This document shows, one piece after another, positions 21,275 through 31,367 of a stretch of DNA of 64,000 nucleotides. How positions within the stretch are numbered: the first letter of the stretch is position 1; every line of letters starts with the position of its first letter. Below the pieces are notes generated by a model that did no database searches, had not been told where the DNA came from, and was given only the letters and a program-made list of their open reading frames with translations. Location of the stretch: contig OZ243913.1 of the NCBI GenBank assembly GCA_965213705.1, forward strand, positions 4,064,001-4,128,000, written 5' to 3'. The translations under genes and the position numbers were made by a program. The DNA comes from Trueperaceae bacterium (GTDB taxonomy: Bacteria; Deinococcota; Deinococci; Deinococcales; Trueperaceae).

Positions 21275-23008
21275 ATGCACGACGCGGCTGCACAACTTGT
21301 CCTGATTATCGCCTTGGGCATAGGCTCACAGTGGCTCGGCTGGCGGCTCGGGCTGCCGGCTATCTTGCCTTTGCTAGTCGCCGGTTTCCTTGCAGGACCC
21401 GTCGCGGGCGTGCTGAACCCGGACGCGCTGTTGGGCGGTTTGCTGTTTCCGGTGGTGTCGCTCGCGGTGGCGCTGATTTTGCTCGAGGGCGGCCTGTCGC
21501 TCAAATTCAGCGAACTAAAAGAGGTGCGCGGCGCGGTGCGCTTGCTCGTCAGTCTCGGCGCGCTGCTGACCTGGGGGCTGGGCGGCGTCGCGGCTTACTT
21601 CCTCCTCGGCCTCAGCGTGCAACTGTCCGCGCTGCTCGCGGCGGTCTTGGTCGTGTCGGGTCCCACAGTAGTCTTGCCCCTGCTGAAGTTTGTCCAACCC
21701 AGCGAGCGGGTCGCCAGCATTCTCAAGTGGGAAGGCATCATCGTTGACCCAGTCGGTGCTACGCTGGCCGTGCTCGTCTTCGGCGCGGTGGGTTCCGGCA
21801 GCTTTGGCGACGTAACCCTGCTCGGCATCGTCGGCGGTATCTTAATCACGCTGCTGGCGGGCGGGCTCATCGGCTTCCTGGCCGGTCGCGCGGTCGTGCT
21901 GATGTTCAGCCGCAACGTCGTACCCGAATACCTGCACACGGCCGTAGTGATTACATTGGGGCTGTTGGCCTACGTCGCGGCGAACTTCTTTCGGGAAGAA
22001 GCGGGGCTGATGGCGGTCACCGTCATGGGCATCGCGCTGGCAAACCAAAGAAAAGTCAACGTCAAACACGTCGTCGCGTTCAAGGAAGAACTCGGCGTGC
22101 TGTTGCTGTCGTTTTTGTTCATCGTGCTTTCCGGACGCCTCGAGCTGAGCAGTTTTGCCGAGGTCGGCTTTGAAGCCTTGGTATTCGTCGCGGTCTTGCT
22201 GCTGCTGGTCCGCCCCCTCGCGGTGTGGGTATCGACGCTCGGCTCGGGTTTGCTGTGGCGCGAGCGGGTCTTTTTAGCCGCGCTGGCCCCGCGCGGCATC
22301 GTCGCGGCGTCGGTGGCGTCTTTGTTCGCGCTCGAGCTGACCGAGGCGGGCGTGGCGGGCGCGGAAGCGCTGGTGCCTCTCACCTTCATCGTCGTGGTGG
22401 GCTCCGTCGCCGTGGCGGCGTTTACGTCCGCGCCGATAGCGCGGCGCTTGGGCGTGGTGCGTCTTGCACCGCAGGGTACGCTCATCATCGGCGCGCACGG
22501 TTGGGCGCGGCAAATCGCCAACGCCCTTCGAGAAGCAGGGTTCGAAACCGTCCTCGTCGATACCAACAGCGCGAATGTGCGCGCGGCCAAAGCCGCTGGG
22601 TTGACGGCGTTCGAGGGGAACATCTTGTCCGCCACGCTCCGCGACGAGCTGCCACTGAGCGGGCTGGGGCGGGTGCTGGCGCTCACGCCGAACGACGAAC
22701 TCAACGCGCTCGCCGCGCTCACCCTGGCCGACACGGTGGGCGCTGACAACGTGTACGTCATAGGGGGTGCGGGTGAAGATTTGTCGGGCGCGCAGCGAGC
22801 GCAGCTCGAGGCCCGCAGTCTGTTCGGCGCGCGGGACTACGCCGCGGTGAACCGCCTGTTTACCGACGGTGCCGAGGTGCGCCCGCTCGACGCCGACGGT
22901 GAGACCTCGTTACCCCTTTTTGCCGTCGGGGAACGCTTGAAAATCATCACGGCGGACAGCACACCCGTTGTAAGCGGGGAGCGCATCATCGGTGTGGTGG
23001 CTGTCTGA
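21275..23008 (+). CDS. CPA1 cation:proton antiporter with TrkA-N domain
   Basis: 'VSGPTVV', 'WEGIIVDPVG', 'PRGIVAAS'; C-terminal Rossmann-like domain. Confidence 0.88.
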   Translation: MHDAAAQLVLIIALGIGSQWLGWRLGLPAILPLLVAGFLAGPVAGVLNPDALLGGLLFPVVSLAVALILLEGGLSLKFSELKEVRGAVRLLVSLGALLTWGLGGVAAYFLLGLSVQLSALLAAVLVVSGPTVVLPLLKFVQPSERVASILKWEGIIVDPVGATLAVLVFGAVGSGSFGDVTLLGIVGGILITLLAGGLIGFLAGRAVVLMFSRNVVPEYLHTAVVITLGLLAYVAANFFREEAGLMAVTVMGIALANQRKVNVKHVVAFKEELGVLLLSFLFIVLSGRLELSSFAEVGFEALVFVAVLLLLVRPLAVWVSTLGSGLLWRERVFLAALAPRGIVAASVASLFALELTEAGVAGAEALVPLTFIVVVGSVAVAAFTSAPIARRLGVVRLAPQGTLIIGAHGWARQIANALREAGFETVLVDTNSANVRAAKAAGLTAFEGNILSATLRDELPLSGLGRVLALTPNDELNALAALTLADTVGADNVYVIGGAGEDLSGAQRAQLEARSLFGARDYAAVNRLFTDGAEVRPLDADGETSLPLFAVGERLKIITADSTPVVSGERIIGVVAV

Positions 23009-23104
23009 ACCCTTCTCTCAACCGGATCGAACCGAGTCTTCGCCGACCAATAAACCCAAGCCCAGCTTTTCATCCCCCAATCAAGCTTACAAGGAGGTAA
23101 GTAG

Positions 23105-24316
23105 ATGAGCGTAACCCTCTGGCTCCTGCTAATCGTGCCTGTCGTTGCCCTGGTGGCATTGGGCTGGTACTTGTCAAACCTTTTCCTGGTGCCTGAACCC
23201 TACAGCTTGATGCCCGAGTTCACCATTTTGGAAGTCGGTGAGGGTTCGGTGACACTCCCTTTGCCCGCGCAGCGGCAGTTCGCCGACACGCGCTTGCAAG
23301 GTGTTTACAACCTGCTTTATGAGGGGGGCTACGGGCGTTTGGGGGAGGTTTTCAGGGAGACTTCGCAGAGCCTGACGCGCGTTTTTACTCTCTCCCACGG
23401 CGAGCCACCCAAAAGCGGCGCGCCCGCCCGCCTCGACTACGTCATTTACCGCAGCGACCCGCTCGAGGCGCACGGCCTCCCCTTTGAAGACCTGACGCTG
23501 CAAGGCCAAGTAGGCAAGCTTAAAGCCTGGTGGCTGCCGAACGAGGGGAACACCGCTGTGCTGATGCTTCACGGCAAACGCCGCGCCGACAGAACCGAAA
23601 CGCTGCGCATCATGCCGACGCTTGTCAACCTAGGCTACCCGGTGCTGGCACTTGCTTACCGCAACCACGACACGAGCGACCCCAGCCCCGACGGGTTGTT
23701 TCACTTCGGGGCCAGCGAGTGGCAGGACGCCATGACGGCGCTAGACTTTTTGCGCGCGCAAGGGATTCGCCGCGTCGTGATTTACGGCTTTTCGATGGGC
23801 GGGGCGGTGACGCTCGAAACCGCCGAAAGGCTTAGGGGAGAGAGCGCGTCTGCCGCACAGACCGAACTCGTCGCCGTCATCCTCGACGCGCCGCTCCTCG
23901 ACCCCAAAACGGTGTTCCGGCACAATGCGAGCGCGTTGGGGTTGCCGAACGCGCTTATCAATCCGCTCACCGACCTCGCCATGTGGGTAGCGACAAAACG
24001 CAGCGGTGTGGATTGGAAAACGCTGAACCAGCAAGACACCATCCACCAGGTCACGGTGCCCGTTTTGCTCATCCACGGCAGCCAGGACAGTACAGTCCCG
24101 GTAGCTCTCAGCGACGCGCTGGTCGAGCGGACCGGGGGGTCGCTGACCTATCACCGCGTGGAGGGGGCGGAGCATATCGAGGCGTGGAACCAAGACCCAG
24201 AGGCGTATGAGGGTTGGGTGCAGGAATTTCTGGCGTGCTACGCGCCGCTGGTTACGGTTCCAGCCCAGCGGCCTGCGCCTCTGCTGGCAGACGCCGCGCT
24301 ACCCGCCCGACGGTGA
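23105..24316 (+). CDS. Membrane-anchored alpha/beta hydrolase
   Basis: GFSMGG, 'HGSQDSTVP', 'AEH' catalytic triad motifs. Confidence 0.85.
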   Translation: MSVTLWLLLIVPVVALVALGWYLSNLFLVPEPYSLMPEFTILEVGEGSVTLPLPAQRQFADTRLQGVYNLLYEGGYGRLGEVFRETSQSLTRVFTLSHGEPPKSGAPARLDYVIYRSDPLEAHGLPFEDLTLQGQVGKLKAWWLPNEGNTAVLMLHGKRRADRTETLRIMPTLVNLGYPVLALAYRNHDTSDPSPDGLFHFGASEWQDAMTALDFLRAQGIRRVVIYGFSMGGAVTLETAERLRGESASAAQTELVAVILDAPLLDPKTVFRHNASALGLPNALINPLTDLAMWVATKRSGVDWKTLNQQDTIHQVTVPVLLIHGSQDSTVPVALSDALVERTGGSLTYHRVEGAEHIEAWNQDPEAYEGWVQEFLACYAPLVTVPAQRPAPLLADAALPARR

Positions 24317-25499
24317 GTCCTTGAACCAGAATGGCGAATACGACCACGCCGTACGTCATTGCCAAAATGAGGTTGCGTTCAGGACCCTCGGGCACAGACA
24401 GCGCCAGCGCCACGGAAATGCCACCCCGGAGCCCGCCCCAAACCATCATACGCACCGTGTAGCGGGGAAACATGCGCCTTATGATGGGTAGGTTTACGCT
24501 CAAAAAGCGCGCTGCAAGGACGAGGGGAATGGCGAGGAAGGCGGCCCAGAGCCGCGGCCCGGTGAAGGGGATAAGCAACATCTCCAAGCCGATGAGGACG
24601 AACAGCACCGCGTTGAGAATCTCGTCGGTCATCTCCCAGAAGGTGTCTAAGTGCTCCCGCGTGGACTCGCTCATGGCGAGAAGCCGCCCCTGGTTACCTA
24701 TCAAAAGCCCCGCCACCACCATCGCGATGGGACCCGAGGTGTGTAGAAGCAGGGCCAAGGCGTAACCCCCCGCGACGACCGCCAAAGTCACGAGCACCTC
24801 GACTGTGTAGTTGTCGACTCGTCGCAGCATGAGGTAAGCCAGCAGCCCCAGCGCAAGCCCGAACAGAATGCCCCCCAGGGCTTCTTGCGCAAAGAGCAGC
24901 GCAACGTCGCCCACGCCTGTTCCCCCGTGCCCCGAGGCGGTCGCGATGTTCAAGATGACGCTGAACACCACCACCCCGACCCCGTCGTTGAACAGCGATT
25001 CCCCCACGATAAGGGTTTCGATGTCCTTGCGGACACCCAAGCTACGAAGAATGCCCAAGACGGCGATGGGGTCGGTAGGTGAGATGAGCGACCCGAACAA
25101 GAGCGCGTAGATAAAGGGAAGCTCGAGGCCCAGCAGCTTGAGGCCGAAATAAATCAGGGTGCCGACAAAAAAGGTCGAGAGCACAATTCCTACGGTTGCT
25201 AAAATCAGAATCGGCCACTTCTGCTGATTAAGGTCTTCCAGATTGACATGTAAAGCGCCTGCAAAAAGCAGGAAACTCAACAGGCCCTGTAAGACCAACT
25301 CACCAAAGTCCAGGTTGTACAGCAAGCCACCGGCCCAGGCAACCGTGTCGGCGCGGCCGAAGAGAATCAGCCCGAGCGAGAGCAACAAAGATACCAGCAT
25401 CACGCCGATGACCGTGGGCAGCTTGATGACGCGCTCGTTGAAATAAGCAAACACGGCGGTCAAGGAAAGGACGAGGGCAATGGCCTGAAAGACGGTCAC
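24252..25499 (-). CDS. NhaP-type Na+/H+ antiporter
   Basis: 'SPTDPIAV', 'GESLFNDG', 'WGGLRGGIS'. Confidence 0.92.
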   Translation of the reverse strand: MTVFQAIALVLSLTAVFAYFNERVIKLPTVIGVMLVSLLLSLGLILFGRADTVAWAGGLLYNLDFGELVLQGLLSFLLFAGALHVNLEDLNQQKWPILILATVGIVLSTFFVGTLIYFGLKLLGLELPFIYALLFGSLISPTDPIAVLGILRSLGVRKDIETLIVGESLFNDGVGVVVFSVILNIATASGHGGTGVGDVALLFAQEALGGILFGLALGLLAYLMLRRVDNYTVEVLVTLAVVAGGYALALLLHTSGPIAMVVAGLLIGNQGRLLAMSESTREHLDTFWEMTDEILNAVLFVLIGLEMLLIPFTGPRLWAAFLAIPLVLAARFLSVNLPIIRRMFPRYTVRMMVWGGLRGGISVALALSVPEGPERNLILAMTYGVVVFAILVQGLTVGRVARRLPAEAQAAGLEP

Positions 25500-25600
25500 A
25501 GACCAGTGTACCTAAACGTGGCTAGAAACGCCCGCTCTAGGTTCAAGCTTAATCCGCAAACCTGCTGGCCCGCGCCAAGGTACTGCACAGTCGTCCCGAA

Positions 25601-26560
25601 TCAGCTCGCGGCTTCGGCAACTTGGCGCGCCTCTGCTTGGGCCTTCCAGCGGGCTTGTGGGTTGGTCTCCACCGGCGGCCAGCCTTCACGCTGTTCGGCA
25701 CGGTCGCCGTCGATAGCTTCCGTTTGGTCATGAAACAGGTGGACTTCCGTCGGGTAAGGCATGTCGATACCTGCGTCGTTCAGGGCGTACTTGACGGCCG
25801 TCAGCACCTTGTCCCGCACAGTAACGACGCTGGCCTGGTCCGGCTCCGTCCACCAGCGCGCTCGCAAGTTGACGCTCGAGCCCGCCAAGTCCACCAACAC
25901 CACATCGGGTTCGGGCTCTCTCACGACCGCCTCCACCCCTTTGACCGCCTCTAAGATAACTTCTCGCGCTGTTTCAATATCGTCGCCGTAGCCGATGCCG
26001 ACGTCGTATTCGGAGCGGCGGTACTCCCTGGCCGTGTTGACCACCACATCGTCGGTAAACAGGTTGCTGTTGGGTATGACGACGCGGCGACCGTCGTAGG
26101 TTTTCAAGGTGGTCGACCTGGTTTCTATGGACATGACCGTCCCGATATAACCGTTCGACGTTTCAATCTGGTCGCCTACCCTGAAGGGTTCACTCCACAG
26201 CAGCAGCAGGCCCGCGAAGTAGTTTTGTAAAACATCTTGGAAAGCAAAGCCGATGGCGACGCCACCGATACCCAAAGAACCCAACACGCCCCCGAGGTTG
26301 ACCGATGGAAAAATGATGGTCATAGCGATGAGCAAGCCGACGACGACCACGGCCACTTGTGAAATTCGTCCAATCGCCTCGGACAAGCCCTCACGCTTGA
26401 TGGACCTTTTGACAAAGGCTTTCAGCACCCTGGCTAAAAAATAAAAAAGGACGAAAACGACGATGCCCAGGATGAGTTCGGGTAAAGCCCCCATAAAGCC
26501 TGCGAACATGGCCTGAAGGGAACCCGAAAAGGTCGTTGTACTTGTGCTTGCGTCGTTCAC
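25601..26560 (-). CDS. Small-conductance mechanosensitive channel (MscS family)
   Basis: 'GFAFQDVLQNYFAG', 'PFRVGDQI', 'VVIPNS'. Confidence 0.92.
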   Translation of the reverse strand: MNDASTSTTTFSGSLQAMFAGFMGALPELILGIVVFVLFYFLARVLKAFVKRSIKREGLSEAIGRISQVAVVVVGLLIAMTIIFPSVNLGGVLGSLGIGGVAIGFAFQDVLQNYFAGLLLLWSEPFRVGDQIETSNGYIGTVMSIETRSTTLKTYDGRRVVIPNSNLFTDDVVVNTAREYRRSEYDVGIGYGDDIETAREVILEAVKGVEAVVREPEPDVVLVDLAGSSVNLRARWWTEPDQASVVTVRDKVLTAVKYALNDAGIDMPYPTEVHLFHDQTEAIDGDRAEQREGWPPVETNPQARWKAQAEARQVAEAAS

Positions 26561-26620
26561 GGTGACGCCTCCTCACGTTTGATGTTGATGTGTCAGTTTG
26601 ACCAGGTGGCACTGTACAGC

Positions 26621-27393
26621 TTAATCACCCGGAGTTTTAGGCAAATTGCTGCTTGCTTGGTCGGGAGGTTTACGCAGTTTTACGGGCTCGGTTCTTTTCG
26701 TTCGCAACTGCAGGTTGAGCACCTCCACCAGAACCGAGAAGGCCATTGCAAAGTAGATGTAGCCTTTGGGTATTTCCTGCCCGAAACCCTCGGCAACCAG
26801 CGTCACGCCGACGAGAATTAAAAAACTCAGGGCAAGCATTTTGACGGTTGGATGTTTTTCGACAAACCTGCTGATGGGCTCCATCGCCACGAGCATGATG
26901 ACGACGGCAATGACGATGGCTGTGACCATCACGCCGATGTCGTCTGCCATGCCCACCGCCGTAATCACCGAGTCGAGCGAGAAAACGATGTCTAGTAAGG
27001 CAATTTGTATATGACTGCCAAAAACGAAGGCGCAGCCTTACCGCTCACCTTTGCTTCTTCACCTTCAAGGCTGTGGTGAATCTCCTGGGTCGCCTTCCAC
27101 AACAGAAAGAGTCCGCCACCCAGCAGAATGAGGTCGCGGCCGGAGAAGTCAAAACCGAACACCTCGAACAGGGGCGCTGTCAAGCCGGTCAGCCACGCTA
27201 TCGAGAAGAGCAGCACAATCCGGGTCAGCATCGCCATAAAAAGACCGAGGCGGCGCGCGCGCGCCTGCTGCGAGGCAGGCAGCTTGCTGGAAACAACGGA
27301 GATAAAAACGATGTTGTCTATACCCAGCACGATTTCCAGCGCCGTTAGGGTTAGAAGAGCTACCCAAGCTTCGGGACTTGCCAACCATTCCAT
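26621..27393 (-). pseudogene. TerC-family membrane protein split by a 1-nt frameshift near 27010
   Basis: N-half 'LEIVLGIDN'; after GTC-AT the other frame continues '[21 protein letters not shown]'. Confidence 0.85.
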
Positions 27394-27488
27394 TCCTTAG
27401 CCTCCTGCACTAACCTGGCACGCAAAAACAATTTTCCAAAGTGTCGTTACCAAAGTCGGGTTAGTGTTCGTTCGAAGTTTGCTTTTTC

Positions 27489-27812
27489 TTACCCGTTCAT
27501 GGCTTGCATGGCGGGTATGGCTAAGGCCACCTCGAAAGCCTCGAGCACTGGGTATAGGTCGTCTCCGCCTGTGATGGCCGAGCCCATAAACAAGCGTTTG
27601 TAGTCTTCCGAGTTTGTCCAGACCTCGAAGTCGTGTCGGCTGTCCCAAAAGGAAACGGCGACGTAAGGTTTGTCCGGCAGGGTGGGGCGCAACAGCACGA
27701 ACGACTTGAAGCCCTGCTGCTCATTCAGGGAAGACGTGCTCGCAGCGATGCTGGCTTCGGCGGCCTGCGCCGAGTCCACCTTTATGGGGATGCGTAAGTT
27801 TAGGGCGTACAT
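27489..27812 (-). CDS. Antibiotic-biosynthesis monooxygenase (ABM)-domain protein
   Basis: 'QQGFKSFVLLRP...YVAVSFWDSRHDFEVWTNSE'; AAGGAG RBS. Confidence 0.8.
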   Translation of the reverse strand: MYALNLRIPIKVDSAQAAEASIAASTSSLNEQQGFKSFVLLRPTLPDKPYVAVSFWDSRHDFEVWTNSEDYKRLFMGSAITGGDDLYPVLEAFEVALAIPAMQAMNG

Positions 27813-27876
27813 GTGTCTCCTTTCAAAGCAGCAGGCTGCCCCGGCAGCCTGCTGACACTTCACACGGATTGGGTGT

Positions 27877-28380
27877 TTAAGCGGGTTGGGCTTCTCGTTG
27901 CTCGAGCATAGTTTTCAGCTTCTCCTCGGCGTCTTTGGACAGAGAGGTTTGGTAGACCTTACCTTTCAAGTCCCTGAACTCCTCCGCGACTTTGTCGGTG
28001 ACGGTTTTGGTCACAACCACGAAGATGGCGGAACTGCCGGGGTCGAGCGCCTGGGTAACATCCTTGACAAACTTGTCCTCGATGCCCAAGTCGGTGAGGC
28101 GGCCGGAAATTGCGCCGCTGGCAGCGCCTACCGCCGCGCCCAAAACGGGCGCGAAAAACAGCATCCCGACGAGTCCGCCCCATAGGGCACCGCCCGCCGC
28201 GCCCCGACCGGGCGTAACGTCGCGCGTCTGGCGCAGCTTGACCTTCCCGTCTTCGTTTTTGACGGCGACTACGGCGTCCTCGAACTCAATTAGGTACTCT
28301 TTTTCGAGTCGGTTGAGCTTGTTGAGCACCTCGTCGGCGCGCTCCGTATTGTCAAAGGTTATTGCGTAGAAGTCTCTCAT
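27877..28380 (-). CDS. DUF1269-family membrane protein
   Basis: 'EDAVVAVK...GKVKLRQ', Gly-zipper, 'DLGIEDKF', 'PGSSAIF', 'TSLS'. Confidence 0.88.
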   Translation of the reverse strand: MRDFYAITFDNTERADEVLNKLNRLEKEYLIEFEDAVVAVKNEDGKVKLRQTRDVTPGRGAAGGALWGGLVGMLFFAPVLGAAVGAASGAISGRLTDLGIEDKFVKDVTQALDPGSSAIFVVVTKTVTDKVAEEFRDLKGKVYQTSLSKDAEEKLKTMLEQREAQPA

Positions 28381-28443
28381 TGTGAACTTCCTTTCTGGAT
28401 GTGGCCTCAGCCACTCACACAAGAATTATGGAGCCTGATGTTT

Positions 28444-28480
28444 AAGAACTTGCGAAGACTCTGTCAAGATTTGGTTAAGA
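28444..28480 (-). promoter_or_regulatory. Four 11-bp-phased AAGA repeats
   Basis: AAGA at 28444, 28455, 28466, 28477. Confidence 0.7.
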
Positions 28481-28651
28481 GCAACCACCTGAAATTCGAA
28501 GGTGGGTACAGTCTCGAGGTAAGAAGCTGAGAAAATGCGTTGGGAACAAAAACGTGCCGTTGCAAAGGCTCGAGGCCATCTTTCGTCCTCGCCATTGCAG
28601 CGCAAGCCTTCGAGCTTGGAGTCTGTCCACATGGAGTTTATAAACACAGCC

Positions 28652-28735
28652 TCACCGGTCGTTGGCTAGTGTAGAATTTAGGACCAGGCTGTCGATTCTC
28701 GAAAAAGGTTTTGAATTCCCCGTCACCAGCTCGAG
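28652..28735 (-). pseudogene. Remnant of a second vapC 3' end
   Basis: Translates LELVTGNSKPFSRIDSLVLNSTLANDR*, against LELVTGNLKHFSRIGDLTINSILADNR* in the intact VapC. Confidence 0.8.
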
Positions 28736-28875
28736 CCTTTAACCTCAGCTCGAAAGTTGCTCAGCACGCTACGTCACCGTCTCCACAACCTTGTACCGTT
28801 TCCGGTTAACTCTCAAAAACATCAACCGGAAAAGGTACTCTGTACTCTGTAGCAATTTGAGCGCCCTACAAGTCA

Positions 28876-29679
28876 TTACGCTGCAAAACGCCCGCGCCGA
28901 AAAAGCCGCTGCACGATAAAGGCCAGTACCAACCCGGCGGCCACAAGCGCCGCCACAACCACGACCAACTCCGCGCCCCACTGCTTCGCCGCGATGCCGA
29001 CAAACGCCCAGGCCAGAACTCCGCCAAAGGCCAGGTCGCCCCGGTTCTTGAGCATCAGAAAGCCGATACCCAAGGCGGCGATGATGGCGACGGCGGCCCA
29101 GAAAGGCGCGAGCCAGCCGCCCGTAACCCCAAGGTCGAGGAGCGTAATCGACGTGTTCGCGACCGTCGCCACCGTTATCCAGCCCAGGTAAACGCTGAAG
29201 GGTAGCCGCGTCGTCAGCCTCTCCACCACCGACACCCTGGTTTTAGATACTGCAGTCTTGCCAATGCCCAAACGCCTGTAGCACACGATCAGCGAGGCGA
29301 GCAGCCCGAGCATGAAGACTTGGCTCAGCCAAATCACGCCGTAATGCCAGGCGAGCAGCCAGGCGAAGTTGAAAGCGCAACTCACCACGAACGCGTAACC
29401 CAGCCGTTCCAACCGGGGATTGTCTTTTTGTGAGGGTAGGGCCTGGTAAACGATGAAGACGGCGAGCAACGCGTAAATGAGTCCCCAGATGCTAAACACG
29501 TAACCCGCGGGGGTAAAGAGGCTTGGGAAAGAATCGGACACCTCGCCCGTAGTCACGCCGTTGATGGGCAAGAGGTTGGCTAGAGCGTTGATGGTGAGTA
29601 CAGAGCCCAAGGCGAAGATGTTGGCAAGCTGGCGCTTGACGGCGCTGCTCAAAGAGGTTGAAGCGGTTTGCGTGGTCAT
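28876..29679 (-). CDS. TspO-like tryptophan-rich membrane protein
   Basis: 'FTPAGYVFSIWGLIY', 'FSVYLGWITVATVAN'. Confidence 0.82.
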   Translation of the reverse strand: MTTQTASTSLSSAVKRQLANIFALGSVLTINALANLLPINGVTTGEVSDSFPSLFTPAGYVFSIWGLIYALLAVFIVYQALPSQKDNPRLERLGYAFVVSCAFNFAWLLAWHYGVIWLSQVFMLGLLASLIVCYRRLGIGKTAVSKTRVSVVERLTTRLPFSVYLGWITVATVANTSITLLDLGVTGGWLAPFWAAVAIIAALGIGFLMLKNRGDLAFGGVLAWAFVGIAAKQWGAELVVVVAALVAAGLVLAFIVQRLFRRGRFAA

Positions 29680-30749
29680 GCTGGCTCCTTAAGGGTTAGG
29701 GGGCTCGTGAGGTGGTGGGTTTGGCTCGAGCCTTTTTCAACACTTTGCCAGAACCCGTCCAACACCTGCACGGTGCGCTCCGGCATCTCGAACTGTGGCA
29801 GCCCACGCGAGGGCTCGAGCCTGAACGCCCTTACCTTGGGGTTGGCGGCGAGCAGCGCAGGCAGCTTCTCGAAACTCACAAAGGCGTCCTCGTCGAACAG
29901 GATGAACGCCGGTACGCTCAAACGTTCGTACACCTTTTGTCTGACCCGCGGTGTAAACAACTTACCGCTGATAAAGTAAAGCGGCGCGTGCTCCGCCCCC
30001 GGCTGGTGCGAACTGAGGTAGCTGTAGCTTTCTAACTCTTCCGGCACTTCACCCACGAAGCTGTCTTTGAGAAAGTAGTGGATGCTGGCGGGCGTAGCGA
30101 TGAGGTCGTAAAACGCCCTTGCCCACAAAGGGTTGGAGGCAAGCTTGTAAAATCCATCGTTGCCACCTTGCTTTCCCGCCTTGTCCGAGGCGCGCGCCTC
30201 GCGCTTGGTGTTGAGGCCCGTGGGAGAAATCAGTGTTAAAGACCTGAAACGTTCCGGGGCTTCCAAAGCGGCGCGAGCAGCGAACTCGCTGCCTAACGAC
30301 AGGGCGACGACATCGGCAGGCTCGGGAACTTGAGTTCGAAGAAACTTGAGCACGGCCTCAGTAAACAGCGCGGGCGTGTATTCTCTGTCGGGGCGGCTCG
30401 AGAAGCCGAAACCGGGTAGGTCGAGGGCGTAGACGGGGCGTTTGCCGCGGTAATGCTCGAACAGCTTTTTCATCTCGAAAGAACTGGCGGCGGCGTTGAC
30501 GCTGTGAATGAGGACGAGGGGTGTACCGCTCGCGTGAAGGTCGCTGTAGTAGCTCAGTCTGCCTGCGACCTGTGTCTGGAAGTCGGTTCGCTCGGCGTCG
30601 ATGGCGAGGGGTAACCTGACACTGTGGTCGATGCCGAGCTTGCTGTACAGCCACCAGCCGCCCGCCGCGGCGAGGGCCGAACCCGCTAAGATGCCTGCGC
30701 TTGTGAGAGTGGTTTTCGTGACGTCGGATAAGGTGTCGTTCATCATCAT
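29676..30749 (-). CDS. Alpha/beta-fold hydrolase
   Basis: 'HSVNAAASSFE', 'DLPGFGFS', 'ALSLG'. Confidence 0.85.
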   Translation of the reverse strand: MMMNDTLSDVTKTTLTSAGILAGSALAAAGGWWLYSKLGIDHSVRLPLAIDAERTDFQTQVAGRLSYYSDLHASGTPLVLIHSVNAAASSFEMKKLFEHYRGKRPVYALDLPGFGFSSRPDREYTPALFTEAVLKFLRTQVPEPADVVALSLGSEFAARAALEAPERFRSLTLISPTGLNTKREARASDKAGKQGGNDGFYKLASNPLWARAFYDLIATPASIHYFLKDSFVGEVPEELESYSYLSSHQPGAEHAPLYFISGKLFTPRVRQKVYERLSVPAFILFDEDAFVSFEKLPALLAANPKVRAFRLEPSRGLPQFEMPERTVQVLDGFWQSVEKGSSQTHHLTSPLTLKEPA

Positions 30750-30916
30750 CTCCTAGAACAATTATGAAACCTAATTGTTAAGATTTTGCAAAGACTCCTT
30801 GGCTACTGCAACTCTAAGCGGTGTGACTGACCTTAATCGGCTGTTGATGCCCAGCCGACTCAGAGGGAAACTCAAACGTACGTTCACGGAGAATCACAAA
30901 GTTTTCTGCACCTTGG

Positions 30917-31366
30917 TCATTTCGAGTTGTTCAGGGTATCGAGCAGCGCCTCGGGCTCGGCCACGCTCATGAGTAGGCTGTAACCCTCGAGCGTCGGCAG
31001 GTAAACAACTTGCTCAGGCTCGGTCACGAACAGCAAACCACGTTCACCGTTCTCGAGGCGGAACCAGCCCAGTTTGTAGCCGGGCAACCCTACCCCGTTG
31101 GAGCGGGCGCGCGGCGCGTAGGGTGTTCCCTTCAAACTCACGACCACGGCCTTGTCCACGTCCAACTTGTCGAAGGTCAGGGTCCGCCCGTAGGGCCAGC
31201 CGCTGACGCTCAAGGCTTCGGAACCTACGCTGACGGTCGTTTGCTTTGACAAGAAGCCGAGGTAAACGAAAAGCAGCACGAGGACCAGCATGAGTATCGC
31301 GAACAGCGTGAGGAACACCAGAGGCGTATTCGAGGCGGGGACGATGCGAAAAACTTGGTCTTCCAT
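30917..31366 (-). CDS. Bacterial PH-domain membrane protein
   Basis: One TM, then 'RSNGVGLPGYKLGWFRLENG'. Confidence 0.75.
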   Translation of the reverse strand: MEDQVFRIVPASNTPLVFLTLFAILMLVLVLLFVYLGFLSKQTTVSVGSEALSVSGWPYGRTLTFDKLDVDKAVVVSLKGTPYAPRARSNGVGLPGYKLGWFRLENGERGLLFVTEPEQVVYLPTLEGYSLLMSVAEPEALLDTLNNSK

Positions 31367-31367
31367 G

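Noticed and set aside
24252..24316. 65-bp convergent overlap of the hydrolase and NhaP genes
   Set aside because: Low-complexity tails in GC-rich DNA; no sign of function.
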